Positions 10,098-18,546 are shown, counted from the first letter of the stretch. The stretch is 32,000 nucleotides of DNA from Candidatus Saccharimonadota bacterium (GCA_030429505.1 JAUIFI010000001.1:750001-782000); one strand, 5' to 3'. Made by a program: numbers and translations. Notes: generated by a model not told the origin, from the sequence alone.

Positions 10098-10170
10098 GGG
10101 GTAGCTGAGTACGAGCAGGATGAGAGAGTGTAACGATCGAATCCGTAAGCGAGTGGGAAGACCTCCTTAC
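10098..10170 (+). pseudogene. decayed tRNA-like remnant (resembles 5' half and T-loop of tRNA-Asn)
   Basis: ggggtagctgagtacgagcagg matches the real tRNA 5' part ggggtagctcagcggtagagcaag. atcgaatcc resembles the T-loop. GTAAGG(G)/(T)CCTTAC could pair as an acceptor-like stem. No anticodon stem can be formed. Confidence 0.25.
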
Positions 10171-10309
10171 GAGGGAAGAGGAGCGAGGAAAAGCAAGTAA
10201 TAAAAACAAAATTAAAGCGGGTGCTTTGATTTTGGGAGGAGGAGATGACGAAAGCAGTGAAGTTCCGAGTTCAATCGAGGAACGAAATAGCTGAAGTCAT
10301 TGACGACGA

Positions 10310-10384
10310 TCCGGGGTAGCTCAGCGGTAGAGCAAGTGGCTGTTAACCACTTGGCCGCCGGTTCGAATCCGGCCCCCGGAGCCA
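10310..10384 (+). tRNA. tRNA-Asn (anticodon GUU), CCA encoded
   Basis: Cloverleaf read by eye. Acceptor TCCGGGG/CCCCGGA, D-stem GCTC/GAGC, anticodon stem AGTGG/CCACT with loop CTGTTAA, T-arm GCCGG-TTCGAAT-CCGGC, discriminator G plus CCA. Confidence 0.95.
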
Positions 10385-10396
10385 TAAAAATGGCAG

Positions 10397-10426
10397 TATC
10401 CCCTGCAAGGGGATAGTGTCGTTTTT
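10397..10426 (+). terminator. hairpin after tRNA-Asn (TATCCCCT-GCA-AGGGGATA) followed by T5
   Basis: 8-bp stem at 10397..10415. T-run at 10422..10426, separated from the stem by 6 nt, so terminator function is uncertain. Confidence 0.35.
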
Positions 10427-10471
10427 ATAATGTTCGAAGAACATGATTCGAACCGAGGTTCGATATGAAGC

Positions 10472-10513
10472 GAAACGGAATCACGAAGTAATCCAGCCCC
10501 CGGAGCCATAAAT
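10472..10513 (+). repeat. att-like direct repeat copy B (contains a copy of the tRNA-Asn 3' end)
   Basis: aatccagcccccggagccataaa (10490..10512) differs by one base from the tRNA 3' end plus flank (10366..10388). The ~19 nt before it are shared with copy C. Confidence 0.65.
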
Positions 10514-10542
10514 TCTCAAGAGAATAATATTTCCAATCAGTA

Positions 10543-10896
10543 ATGAAAAAGTCAGAAAAAAAGTTAATTAAAAAATTGGAAAAACTCTATTATAGCACGG
10601 AAAATACACAGACATTTAATACAGAAGAAAATAAAATTTTAGTTAAATGGGAGTCCATTGGTTATCTTGATAATAACGCATTTCAAGATGTTTCCCGCCA
10701 TGGAGAGTCATACAAATCTTTAATGCAAATTTCTGCTTTTTATCCATTCTCGAACAAAGGAAATGATATTTTAAAAAAAGGTTGGTACATAAAGTTGAGG
10801 GAAAAAAATATTATTATTTTTATTAGAGATTTATTTTTAATTATTTCTTTTATAATTTCGATATGCTTAGCTATAAAAGATGTACTTGTAAAATAA
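10543..10896 (+). CDS. hypothetical small protein with C-terminal TM helix
   Basis: 117-aa ORF, very AT-rich, Lys-rich N-terminus, C-terminal hydrophobic segment (IIIFIRDLFLIISFIISICLAI). Bracketed by repeat copies B and C. Confidence 0.4.
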   Translation: MKKSEKKLIKKLEKLYYSTENTQTFNTEENKILVKWESIGYLDNNAFQDVSRHGESYKSLMQISAFYPFSNKGNDILKKGWYIKLREKNIIIFIRDLFLIISFIISICLAIKDVLVK

Positions 10897-10900
10897 AATT

Positions 10901-10940
10901 AAACGAAATCACGAAGCAATTCGGCTTCCGGAGCCACAAT
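10901..10940 (+). repeat. att-like direct repeat copy C (degenerate)
   Basis: aaacgaaatcacgaagcaattcggcttccggagccacaat aligns without gaps to copy B (aaacggaatcacgaagtaatccagcccccggagccataaa) with about 8 mismatches in ~40 nt. Confidence 0.55.
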
Positions 10941-10955
10941 CAAGCAGAAAAACAT

Positions 10956-12368
10956 TTAGTCATAAGCTCTAACACTGTTTTTAATAATCTCATCAATTTT
11001 GTTTCTTTCGCTTTCAATTTTTGTTTTCATTGCTTCTTGTCGGTCTAATTCGGCTTTGATTTCATCAACGATTTTTTGTTGAATTTTTAAATCAGGAATA
11101 GGAAGAAAGAAATTATTTAATTCTTCACCTGAAATTTTTACCATTGTTTGATTTTTTCCTTTCGCCGAATATTTAAAATAAAATCTTCCAATTACAGAAT
11201 TAAAAACAAATGCTAAATATTCTTTATTTATATAGTTCTCATCTAATTCAACTCTGATAAATAAATCAGGGAAAATAAAATCCGTATCTTCGGAAATATT
11301 TTTTACTACTGAGGCAAGAGCCACTAAATCAACTGTGTTTCCTCTACTTACAAAAAAATCACTCTCTTTAGCAAAAAAGTTTCCAATATCATCTCTTGAT
11401 TCATCAGAATATTTTAAATCTTCAAAAATAATATTTCCTGTTTTTGAAATGGAATTTACCCCAAAAACAGAATATTCACTATCTGATTCCTTACAGTTTG
11501 GAGACCAACCATTTTTTGTAGATACAATATATTTTCCGAGTTTCTCAATGCAATCAGTATTTTGATATAAAGTTTTTTGAATAGGGGCTATTTTCTGCCA
11601 TCTTACACTCGACCTTAAATTTCGATTTCTAAAACTTATATCATTGGAAACATTAAGATACTTTGTTTTTTCAATTTTTTTAACCTCCTCCAAATCAAAC
11701 CCAAATTCTCTCGCAAAGACCTTATTTATAATTTCTTGCGGTGGTGTGATTTGTGCTTTTAATTCTTTGATTTTCCTTTCAATCGGTTCAATTTGGGCAA
11801 TAATTTGGTCTTGTTTTGATTTTGAAATTAAAGGGATTTTAATTTTTAGTAAATCAATTGGATTAACTCTTCTATGAGTTTTTCCACTTTCCAATTTAGC
11901 GAGGTCGGAAAGAAATTCAATTGAAGTTATTAAATAATAAACAAACAACGGGTTGTGGTTTCCTGAAATGGAGTATTCCAAAAATTCAGTAGAACCGATA
12001 AATTTTTTGTGTTCTGTATTCAAAAAAATGTTTCCCATTTGCGGTTGCATTTTGGGAATAACAATATCGCCATCCTGCAAAATATTTTTATCAGAACCAA
12101 TTTCACTAACTTTTTCAAAATTTACTAAGTTGTTAAATCTTCTCTCAATATTTCCAATATCAAGTAAGTATTCTTCATTTTCTAACTCCCCTTTAGTTAC
12201 TCTTTGAGTTGGAATTTCTTTTAAAACATATTTCAATTTAATGAGCTTATCAAAGCTATAAATAATTGCATTTTGAATATCAAAAAAATATCTATAACCA
12301 ACATTGGGTCTTAAAAACTCTTGCTTCCCAATGTTTTGAAAGTCTGTTGTAAAAATTTTTAATCCCAT
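10956..12368 (-). CDS. hsdS: restriction-modification specificity (S) subunit, HsdS family, two target-recognition domains
   Basis: Two TRD-like halves, each followed by the conserved coiled-coil spacer (IPLISKSKQDQIIAQIEPIERKIKELKAQI and LPIPDLKIQQKIVDEIKAELDRQEAMKTKIE). Start overlaps the upstream methyltransferase stop by 10 nt. Confidence 0.85.
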   Translation of the reverse strand: MGLKIFTTDFQNIGKQEFLRPNVGYRYFFDIQNAIIYSFDKLIKLKYVLKEIPTQRVTKGELENEEYLLDIGNIERRFNNLVNFEKVSEIGSDKNILQDGDIVIPKMQPQMGNIFLNTEHKKFIGSTEFLEYSISGNHNPLFVYYLITSIEFLSDLAKLESGKTHRRVNPIDLLKIKIPLISKSKQDQIIAQIEPIERKIKELKAQITPPQEIINKVFAREFGFDLEEVKKIEKTKYLNVSNDISFRNRNLRSSVRWQKIAPIQKTLYQNTDCIEKLGKYIVSTKNGWSPNCKESDSEYSVFGVNSISKTGNIIFEDLKYSDESRDDIGNFFAKESDFFVSRGNTVDLVALASVVKNISEDTDFIFPDLFIRVELDENYINKEYLAFVFNSVIGRFYFKYSAKGKNQTMVKISGEELNNFFLPIPDLKIQQKIVDEIKAELDRQEAMKTKIESERNKIDEIIKNSVRAYD

Positions 12369-14746
12369 TGTACTTCTCTTAAAAAATCTAAAGCGGTTTC
12401 TTTTACGTCATCATCAACCAGAATTTCGCCGTTTTCGTTTAAACGGTAAAGTTCATTCGGCATTGATTTTTCGCCTCTTTTGGTTCTTTTGTAACCAACA
12501 TTTTCTACTTCTGCCATAAAGATTTTATGATTGAGCCCTTTGGCAACTTCGCCAAAAACCCACCAAGTGTTTACAAAACCAAAAATATCTTTTGTGTCTT
12601 TATCAAACTTACAAAGTTCTTCTAATTCATCTTTGTATTTTTCAACTAAATTTTTGGCAGCAAGTTTTTGATCTTCATCTTCCATATAATCTTTGAGCAT
12701 TCTGGCTAAAATTGCTTGTTCTTCTTTTTCGGTCAAATCTTTGATGGAAGGCAATTTTGTGCGATCTTTCTTTTTTAGATAAACCGCCAATAAGTTTTCA
12801 CATCTGGTTTTCAAATTACTCCATTCGTTTGAATATTTGCTCCAAAAATTATTCCATTCCGCAACTTCGGCTTTGGTTTTCTTTTGAATAAAAAGCAAGC
12901 TGGTTTTGGTACTAGTAAACGGTTCAAATGTAACTTGTGGCAAACTTACAACGGCTTTTACTTTGAAATATTTGTAAATAAAAAGTCGGATGTATTTATT
13001 TTCAGTCGTATCAAAAACACTCTCGGGCAAAACAATTCCTGCCCGTCCGTTTTCTCTTAAAAGCTGGTAATATCTTTCTATAAATAAATTTTCGGAATTT
13101 TTTTTATCGCCAAAAACAAAAGATGATTCTAATGTTCTTTTTGTATCATTATCAAGATCAACACTAAAAGGTGGGTTGGTTATTATTGCATCAAACGATT
13201 CATTTACATCTTTAGAATAAACTAAACTATCTTTTGATTGATCTAAAACATTTTCGCCAGATATTTTTTGATACTTTGAAAATTTTGAAAGCCCATCTCC
13301 TTTACTGCTTCCCACAAAAATATTTGCAGACCCATCTCCATGCAAAATCATATTTACTTTTACAGAAGTTCCTAAATTTGGGTTTATCTCACTTCCATAA
13401 ATAAACTTTTCTGCCCACATGTTTTCTAATTCATCAGGATAGAAATTTCTTTGTAAAAAGGCTTGTATATTTCTTGAATCCTCTATTTTATCTTTAAATC
13501 TGTATTTCACAACATGGGTAATAAATTTCATGTATTCAATAAGGAAAGAGCCACTACCAGCACTTGGATCAATTAAATAAGGAATTTCCAAATCTCGGTT
13601 TACTCGCTGAATGGCTAATTTATCCAGTTGTAAGCCCCAAAGCAAAAATCTAACTACGTTGATATGAGTAAAAAATTGTCCTTTTGATTGCTTAAAACCT
13701 GTGGAAATAATATTTTCAAAAAAATCTCCCAAAATATCTTTTCCATTTGGCAATTTGTTTCCCAGTGTAAAGGAGTATTTCTCTAATTCAGATACTGCAA
13801 ATTTCAATTTTGTTAAAGAGAATTTCTTTCTTTCTACTACAAAACTTTCTTTTAACTCATTTTCATCAACAATATTCAATCTTTGTTTTAAAGCTCTTCG
13901 GTAAAGTTCGTTAATTCTCCCAAAAAGCTCTTCATTGGTTTCAAAGCTTTCGCCGTTCTTAAAAGCAAAAATTTGGAAATCATATTTTTCGCCTTTTTTC
14001 TTTTCCGATTCATCTTGAATTTTGGCAAGAATGATATTTACCAAAGAAGAAAAAACATCATTGTCATCTGTTCCGCCACCACCCCAAAGCACATTGTGTA
14101 GATTTTTTCTAAGTCCATCTAGTTGGTCGTGAGTAAAGTTTGTTTCTAAATCTTTTTCTTCACTTCCTTTAATGTACGGTTCTTTTTGTGCCTTTTCGTA
14201 TCTTTCCGGCAATTTATCTGCAAAATTCCTTACATCTTTCCAAGAATCAAAAGAAGTGAATTTTTCATAATCAATCAAAATACATTTATCCCTGATCTCA
14301 TTTTCGATTATTTCAAAAGTATAAAGCACCAAATATTTTACATTTCCCCCCTGCCCTTTTTCTTGTGAAGCCAGATTAAAAAGTTGTTTTTCAATAACTT
14401 CATCTTTGTCTTTTTCATAATCTTGAGGGCTTTTTAGTTCAATATACAAAAAGGCATTACCCTTATCGTCTCTAACAATAACATCTATTCTAGGTTTATT
14501 TACTTTTGGTCTTCCAATATCATACTCTTTCTCAATCTCAATATTTTCTGGTTTATAACCAAGTTCATTAACTAGTTTAGAAAGAATAAAAGCCCTTACG
14601 ATTTCTTCATCTCCAGTAATCTTTTTAATTTCTCGATGTTGTTTAATTGAATTTGAATATTTTAGCTTTTGCTCTTCAAGTTTATAAGTTTCGACAATTT
14701 TTATTTTTTGATTGTCTAAATATTGTTTTACAACCCGAAAATTCAT
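12359..14746 (-). CDS. gamma-class N6-adenine DNA methyltransferase fused to an N-terminal PD-(D/E)XK-like domain (candidate type IIB/BcgI-like RM subunit)
   Basis: Motif I DPSAGSGSFL lies upstream of motif IV ITNPPFS. The N-terminal ~170 aa carry PRIDVIV...AFLYIELKSP, a D...E-x-K nuclease-fold signature of the HsdR-N type. At 795 aa it is much longer than a plain HsdM. Confidence 0.8.
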   Translation of the reverse strand: MNFRVVKQYLDNQKIKIVETYKLEEQKLKYSNSIKQHREIKKITGDEEIVRAFILSKLVNELGYKPENIEIEKEYDIGRPKVNKPRIDVIVRDDKGNAFLYIELKSPQDYEKDKDEVIEKQLFNLASQEKGQGGNVKYLVLYTFEIIENEIRDKCILIDYEKFTSFDSWKDVRNFADKLPERYEKAQKEPYIKGSEEKDLETNFTHDQLDGLRKNLHNVLWGGGGTDDNDVFSSLVNIILAKIQDESEKKKGEKYDFQIFAFKNGESFETNEELFGRINELYRRALKQRLNIVDENELKESFVVERKKFSLTKLKFAVSELEKYSFTLGNKLPNGKDILGDFFENIISTGFKQSKGQFFTHINVVRFLLWGLQLDKLAIQRVNRDLEIPYLIDPSAGSGSFLIEYMKFITHVVKYRFKDKIEDSRNIQAFLQRNFYPDELENMWAEKFIYGSEINPNLGTSVKVNMILHGDGSANIFVGSSKGDGLSKFSKYQKISGENVLDQSKDSLVYSKDVNESFDAIITNPPFSVDLDNDTKRTLESSFVFGDKKNSENLFIERYYQLLRENGRAGIVLPESVFDTTENKYIRLFIYKYFKVKAVVSLPQVTFEPFTSTKTSLLFIQKKTKAEVAEWNNFWSKYSNEWSNLKTRCENLLAVYLKKKDRTKLPSIKDLTEKEEQAILARMLKDYMEDEDQKLAAKNLVEKYKDELEELCKFDKDTKDIFGFVNTWWVFGEVAKGLNHKIFMAEVENVGYKRTKRGEKSMPNELYRLNENGEILVDDDVKETALDFLREVQWD

Positions 14747-14965
14747 TTTTTTAACTATGAGCTACTCGGAGTATAATCCAATTTCCGTTTTATTTAAACT
14801 AGCATTGAAACAAATTTCAAAAAACCAATTTCTTTCTCTTAAAACTATCGACGCCCTAAATCTCTAGTATTTTTATACTATTTGAGTTTAAGAAAAATTA
14901 AAATCCGCTTCAATACACTTTTTGGATAAAATAAGATAGTATTTAGGTAATAAAAATACCTCAAA

Positions 14966-15241
14966 ATGACCAAAATAGTTACCTCCAATATCGACACCAC
15001 TACCAAAGAAGCCGCCGAAGCAGTCTTTGACCAAATGGGACTTACCACCAGTAGCGCCATCAAACTTTTTCTCAACCAAGTCGCTACCACAAAATCCATT
15101 CCCTTCCAACCAACCACCATCACAAAACCCGGCTTCACATCAGAACAAAAAACAACTCTCCTTCAAATGATACAAGACGCCAAACAACAAAAATCACACG
15201 ATCCATTCGCTGTCATAGATGAAATGTTTGGACGTCTATAA
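14966..15241 (+). CDS. RelB/DinJ-family type II antitoxin (no cognate toxin adjacent)
   Basis: N-terminal ribbon-helix-helix pattern typical of DinJ (SNIDTTTKEAAEAVFDQMGLTTSSAIKLFLNQVATTKSIPFQP). Confidence 0.65.
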   Translation: MTKIVTSNIDTTTKEAAEAVFDQMGLTTSSAIKLFLNQVATTKSIPFQPTTITKPGFTSEQKTTLLQMIQDAKQQKSHDPFAVIDEMFGRL

Positions 15242-15279
15242 AGGAATCAAAGCAAGACATTGATCTCATCTCTATTGAA

Positions 15280-15308
15280 TTGACTATTTATTAAATATAT
15301 GTTAAAAT
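15280..15308 (+). promoter_or_regulatory. candidate promoter (TTGACT-17-TAAAAT) ending 6 nt before the ATG at 15315
   Basis: Hexamers at 15280..15285 and 15303..15308. The spacing implies a leaderless or near-leaderless transcript. Confidence 0.35.
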
Positions 15309-15314
15309 AAAAAA

Positions 15315-17546
15315 ATGAGAAGAATTGTCTGGCATCTTATAGTTTTCGCCATTTCAATAAGCGTAAACACCTTATTTCCAAAACAAGCCATCGCTCAAAA
15401 CTACAATCTAGTGAGTCACAATATCGGCTCTTCTATCGAATCAAGTACCCTTAGTAGCACAAATTTTTCTGGGAACACCGTACTCGAAAACACCAGTAAT
15501 CTAGAAGAAAACCAAGCAGAAACAACCTCAAGTCAGACATCATCATCAAGCTCACAAAGCTCTGGAGGAGGAAAATACAACGCCTCTTCCTGGCTCCTAG
15601 AAAGAATATATAAAGATCACAAAAAACAACAAAAAGAAGAAAAAGCCGTCACCACTCCCCCTAAAAAGCAACTCTCTTTTTCATCATCACCATCTACTGT
15701 TTTAAAAGAAGAAGAAGAAGAAGCACATACCCCATCAATTTCTCCACAATTAAAATCAACAAACGCAAAACCAGAAGAAAGTCCTACACAAAAATCTCAA
15801 CCATCAAATAACCCAAGACAAGAATACATCACCAATCTCATCGAAAACATAAACCAAAGATCTAAATCAATAAAAGCCAGAGGAGAAGTAACCAAGAAGT
15901 TGAATCTTCAAGATCTCAAAACATCAAGTATTCAACATCCACAAGAAACCACGAATATATTTGAACCAATTCGTATTTGTATCGAAAGCGAAGTACTCGA
16001 AGACCTCAGTCTCACATGGGTTGAAAAATTTATATTTCCCAAAAAATACGCCTACGCCGATTCCTACACATCAAATAATTCCTGTGAACTCATACTCCAT
16101 GACAACGGACACTTAGGACTTTTTATGGCAAAATCAAATGCACATCAAAACATGATCAGCGTCATGTTTATCGGGATATTAATCCTCATCGTAATGAATA
16201 TTAGAACTTCTCTTCTGATCCGAAAACAGAACAACACATTAAACAAGAATATCCACACACACTTTAAAAGCCATCCCATAAGAAAATGGAAAGTGCGACA
16301 TCCTCTCCTTATACTCGCCATAATCTTTTGCTTCGGAGTATTTTGGTTTTCCATTGGAACAGCTCACGCCCAAAACATCACTACTCCTCAAAAAATCGTC
16401 TACTCCGGTCAGCTCAAAGACAGCCAAGGAAACTTCCTCAATGGAGAATACCACTTTCGATTTAGTGCCTGGTCTAGCCAAGACTACCAAGAAGCTGACA
16501 TGACCTCCAATGAAATCAACGAAAGCCGTCCTGCCTATCTCGGCTGGAAAGAAATTCAGCTCGTTACTCTCGTCAATGGTCATTTTTCACTTTATCTAGG
16601 AGATATAACAAGCTTTCCATCAAATCTTTTTGATCGAGCAAATGTCTACCTACACATTGAAGTAAAACAAAAAAATCAACCCAACAGCGCCTTTGAGACA
16701 CTCGACGTCAACGCAAATGATGCAACGAAAGACCGACTCCTCTTTCATTCAGTCCCACACGCTATCAACGCTGATAAAATAGATTTCCGAGATACTGGAT
16801 TTGATGCGGGAAACATTCCACATCTAAATAACAATGCAAGATTACCAATCAGCACTATCCCGGGAGGAACCAATCAAAGCACCTTTACTTTAGATAAAAA
16901 TGACGACGCTGAAGCGGGAGAAAGTTTGATCTTAAAATTTGGTGAAACTCTCGCCAAAACACTCTCCTGGAGTAATCTCCTCAACCGCTTCGAATTCAAC
17001 GACACCGTAGCCATATCAGGAAATTTGATCGTCAGTGGAACCATCAACGGACAAAATCTAGGGACAACACAAACCACAGACACACTTATTCCTCGATACC
17101 CAAACTCCATCTTCATAGCCGATGGAACCAACAACAAAGGGTCTCTCTATGAAGAAAACGATCCCAACGGGGGGAACGTATTTCGATGGAGTACAAGCCA
17201 AAACAACCTCCAAGACTACACGATTCAAATCCGCTATGTCCTCCCATCAAATTTTGTACAATTTGCCCCTTCCAACCAGATATCAATTGATCTCAAGACC
17301 GAAGGAATATCATCTCAGTCCAAATTAGATGCAACTATAGAAAAAGACGGAGTATCAAACACAGATCAACTGGAAGGAAATGGCATCGCTCTATCAAATA
17401 GCAACTGGACCACACAAAATCTCACCCTCAAAAGCGACACCAACTGGTCCGCTGGAGACACACTCATTTTTTCGATAAAGCCCTATGCATCAAACGGATT
17501 TGATGCACACGTCAGTACGATCAAGATTCGATACATCACTCGTTAA
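15315..17546 (+). CDS. surface protein P1: signal peptide, low-complexity spacer, TM hairpin, fibre-like C-terminal half
   Basis: Signal peptide ending AIA-QN. S/T/P/E/K-rich region. Two TM segments around a basic loop, the second ending AHA-QN. The C-terminal half shares module N and module C with the neighbouring genes. Confidence 0.8.
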   Translation: MRRIVWHLIVFAISISVNTLFPKQAIAQNYNLVSHNIGSSIESSTLSSTNFSGNTVLENTSNLEENQAETTSSQTSSSSSQSSGGGKYNASSWLLERIYKDHKKQQKEEKAVTTPPKKQLSFSSSPSTVLKEEEEEAHTPSISPQLKSTNAKPEESPTQKSQPSNNPRQEYITNLIENINQRSKSIKARGEVTKKLNLQDLKTSSIQHPQETTNIFEPIRICIESEVLEDLSLTWVEKFIFPKKYAYADSYTSNNSCELILHDNGHLGLFMAKSNAHQNMISVMFIGILILIVMNIRTSLLIRKQNNTLNKNIHTHFKSHPIRKWKVRHPLLILAIIFCFGVFWFSIGTAHAQNITTPQKIVYSGQLKDSQGNFLNGEYHFRFSAWSSQDYQEADMTSNEINESRPAYLGWKEIQLVTLVNGHFSLYLGDITSFPSNLFDRANVYLHIEVKQKNQPNSAFETLDVNANDATKDRLLFHSVPHAINADKIDFRDTGFDAGNIPHLNNNARLPISTIPGGTNQSTFTLDKNDDAEAGESLILKFGETLAKTLSWSNLLNRFEFNDTVAISGNLIVSGTINGQNLGTTQTTDTLIPRYPNSIFIADGTNNKGSLYEENDPNGGNVFRWSTSQNNLQDYTIQIRYVLPSNFVQFAPSNQISIDLKTEGISSQSKLDATIEKDGVSNTDQLEGNGIALSNSNWTTQNLTLKSDTNWSAGDTLIFSIKPYASNGFDAHVSTIKIRYITR

Positions 17547-17598
17547 AACAAAAAAATTCATCACATCCTATGAGGGCTTATTTTTTTGTATAAAAAAT

Positions 17599-17626
17599 TT
17601 GTCCTGAAACTCTAAATCCATAGAAT
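17599..17626 (+). promoter_or_regulatory. candidate promoter (TTGTCC-16-TAGAAT) ending 5 nt before the ATG at 17632
   Basis: Hexamers at 17599..17604 and 17621..17626. Confidence 0.3.
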
Positions 17627-17631
17627 ATTAA

Positions 17632-18546
17632 ATGAATATTAAACACTATATGTTTTCTCGATACAAATTTTGGATAGTATGGATCGCTTTATGTTTTTCG
17701 CTAGGAGTAACTCTAATAACATCTCCATCAGCACAAGCGAATCTGTATTTTTCCCTCGAACAAGACGGCACCTTCGCCACCAACTTTACCCTTGACCAGG
17801 GAAATATTGCTACCACCTTTATCGACCTTATCTTTGGCACGACCAGCGCACAACTACGCTATGATGTATCATTAACAAAATTCATTCTCAATAAAGCTCT
17901 TCAACTTAGCGGGACAGGAACGGTATTAGAGCTCGGAGACGGAACGTCTAATGACTTTGCTTTATCCTTCAATGACGGCAATGCACGAACGCTCACATGG
18001 GACGACGCCAGTACTCGCTTTACCTTCAATACTGCCACCCGCATCGAAGGCAATCAAGCTACCGTCGGACAAACCTACATTGCTTCCGACCACGCGGCTT
18101 CAGATAGTGATGGAATAGTCAATATCGGACGAAATGCCAGCACGTGGGAAAACATCACCTTTGATGCCACAACAGACGATCAGTTTGAAGTCAGTGACAA
18201 TGTTGAAGTAACTGGGTCCATCTTGTCGACTGAAGTAGAAAAAACAACCGCATCCACCATAGCCATTGACTGGGAAGAGGCTAACCAACAGTCGATAACA
18301 CTCAACCAAACCGGACATACTGTTACTTTTTCTAATTACAATCCAGGACAGACGTTACGTTTAATAGTCTGCCAAGATGGCACGGGGTCCAGAACTATTA
18401 CCACCTGGCCTTCCGTCATAGACTGGGCAAGTGCAACAGCTCCGACTTTAACGACTACTGCCAATAAATGCGATGTCATGACCTTCCTCACCACCAATGA
18501 AAGAGGAAATGTAGAAGTCTTTGGTTCTTATGTTCTGAATTTTTAG
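17632..18546 (+). CDS. secreted protein P2: two copies of module N plus C-terminal beta-rich domain
   Basis: Signal peptide ending SAQA-NL. Module N at 17740..17919 is about 45% identical by eye to 20278..20457. A second weaker copy lies at 17950..18054. The stop TAG is immediately followed by the ATG of the next gene. Confidence 0.8.
   Translation: MNIKHYMFSRYKFWIVWIALCFSLGVTLITSPSAQANLYFSLEQDGTFATNFTLDQGNIATTFIDLIFGTTSAQLRYDVSLTKFILNKALQLSGTGTVLELGDGTSNDFALSFNDGNARTLTWDDASTRFTFNTATRIEGNQATVGQTYIASDHAASDSDGIVNIGRNASTWENITFDATTDDQFEVSDNVEVTGSILSTEVEKTTASTIAIDWEEANQQSITLNQTGHTVTFSNYNPGQTLRLIVCQDGTGSRTITTWPSVIDWASATAPTLTTTANKCDVMTFLTTNERGNVEVFGSYVLNF

Noticed and set aside
10321-10509. 62-aa minus-strand ORF
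   Set aside because: It runs through the tRNA-Asn gene and the att-like repeat, so it is not a plausible CDS.
14759-14785. Possible fourth att-like copy (gagctactcggagtataatcc) that would bracket the RM module
   Set aside because: Only the core c.cggag..ataa matches, roughly half the positions and needing a gap. That is indistinguishable from chance, and the segment also overlaps candidate RM promoter hexamers.
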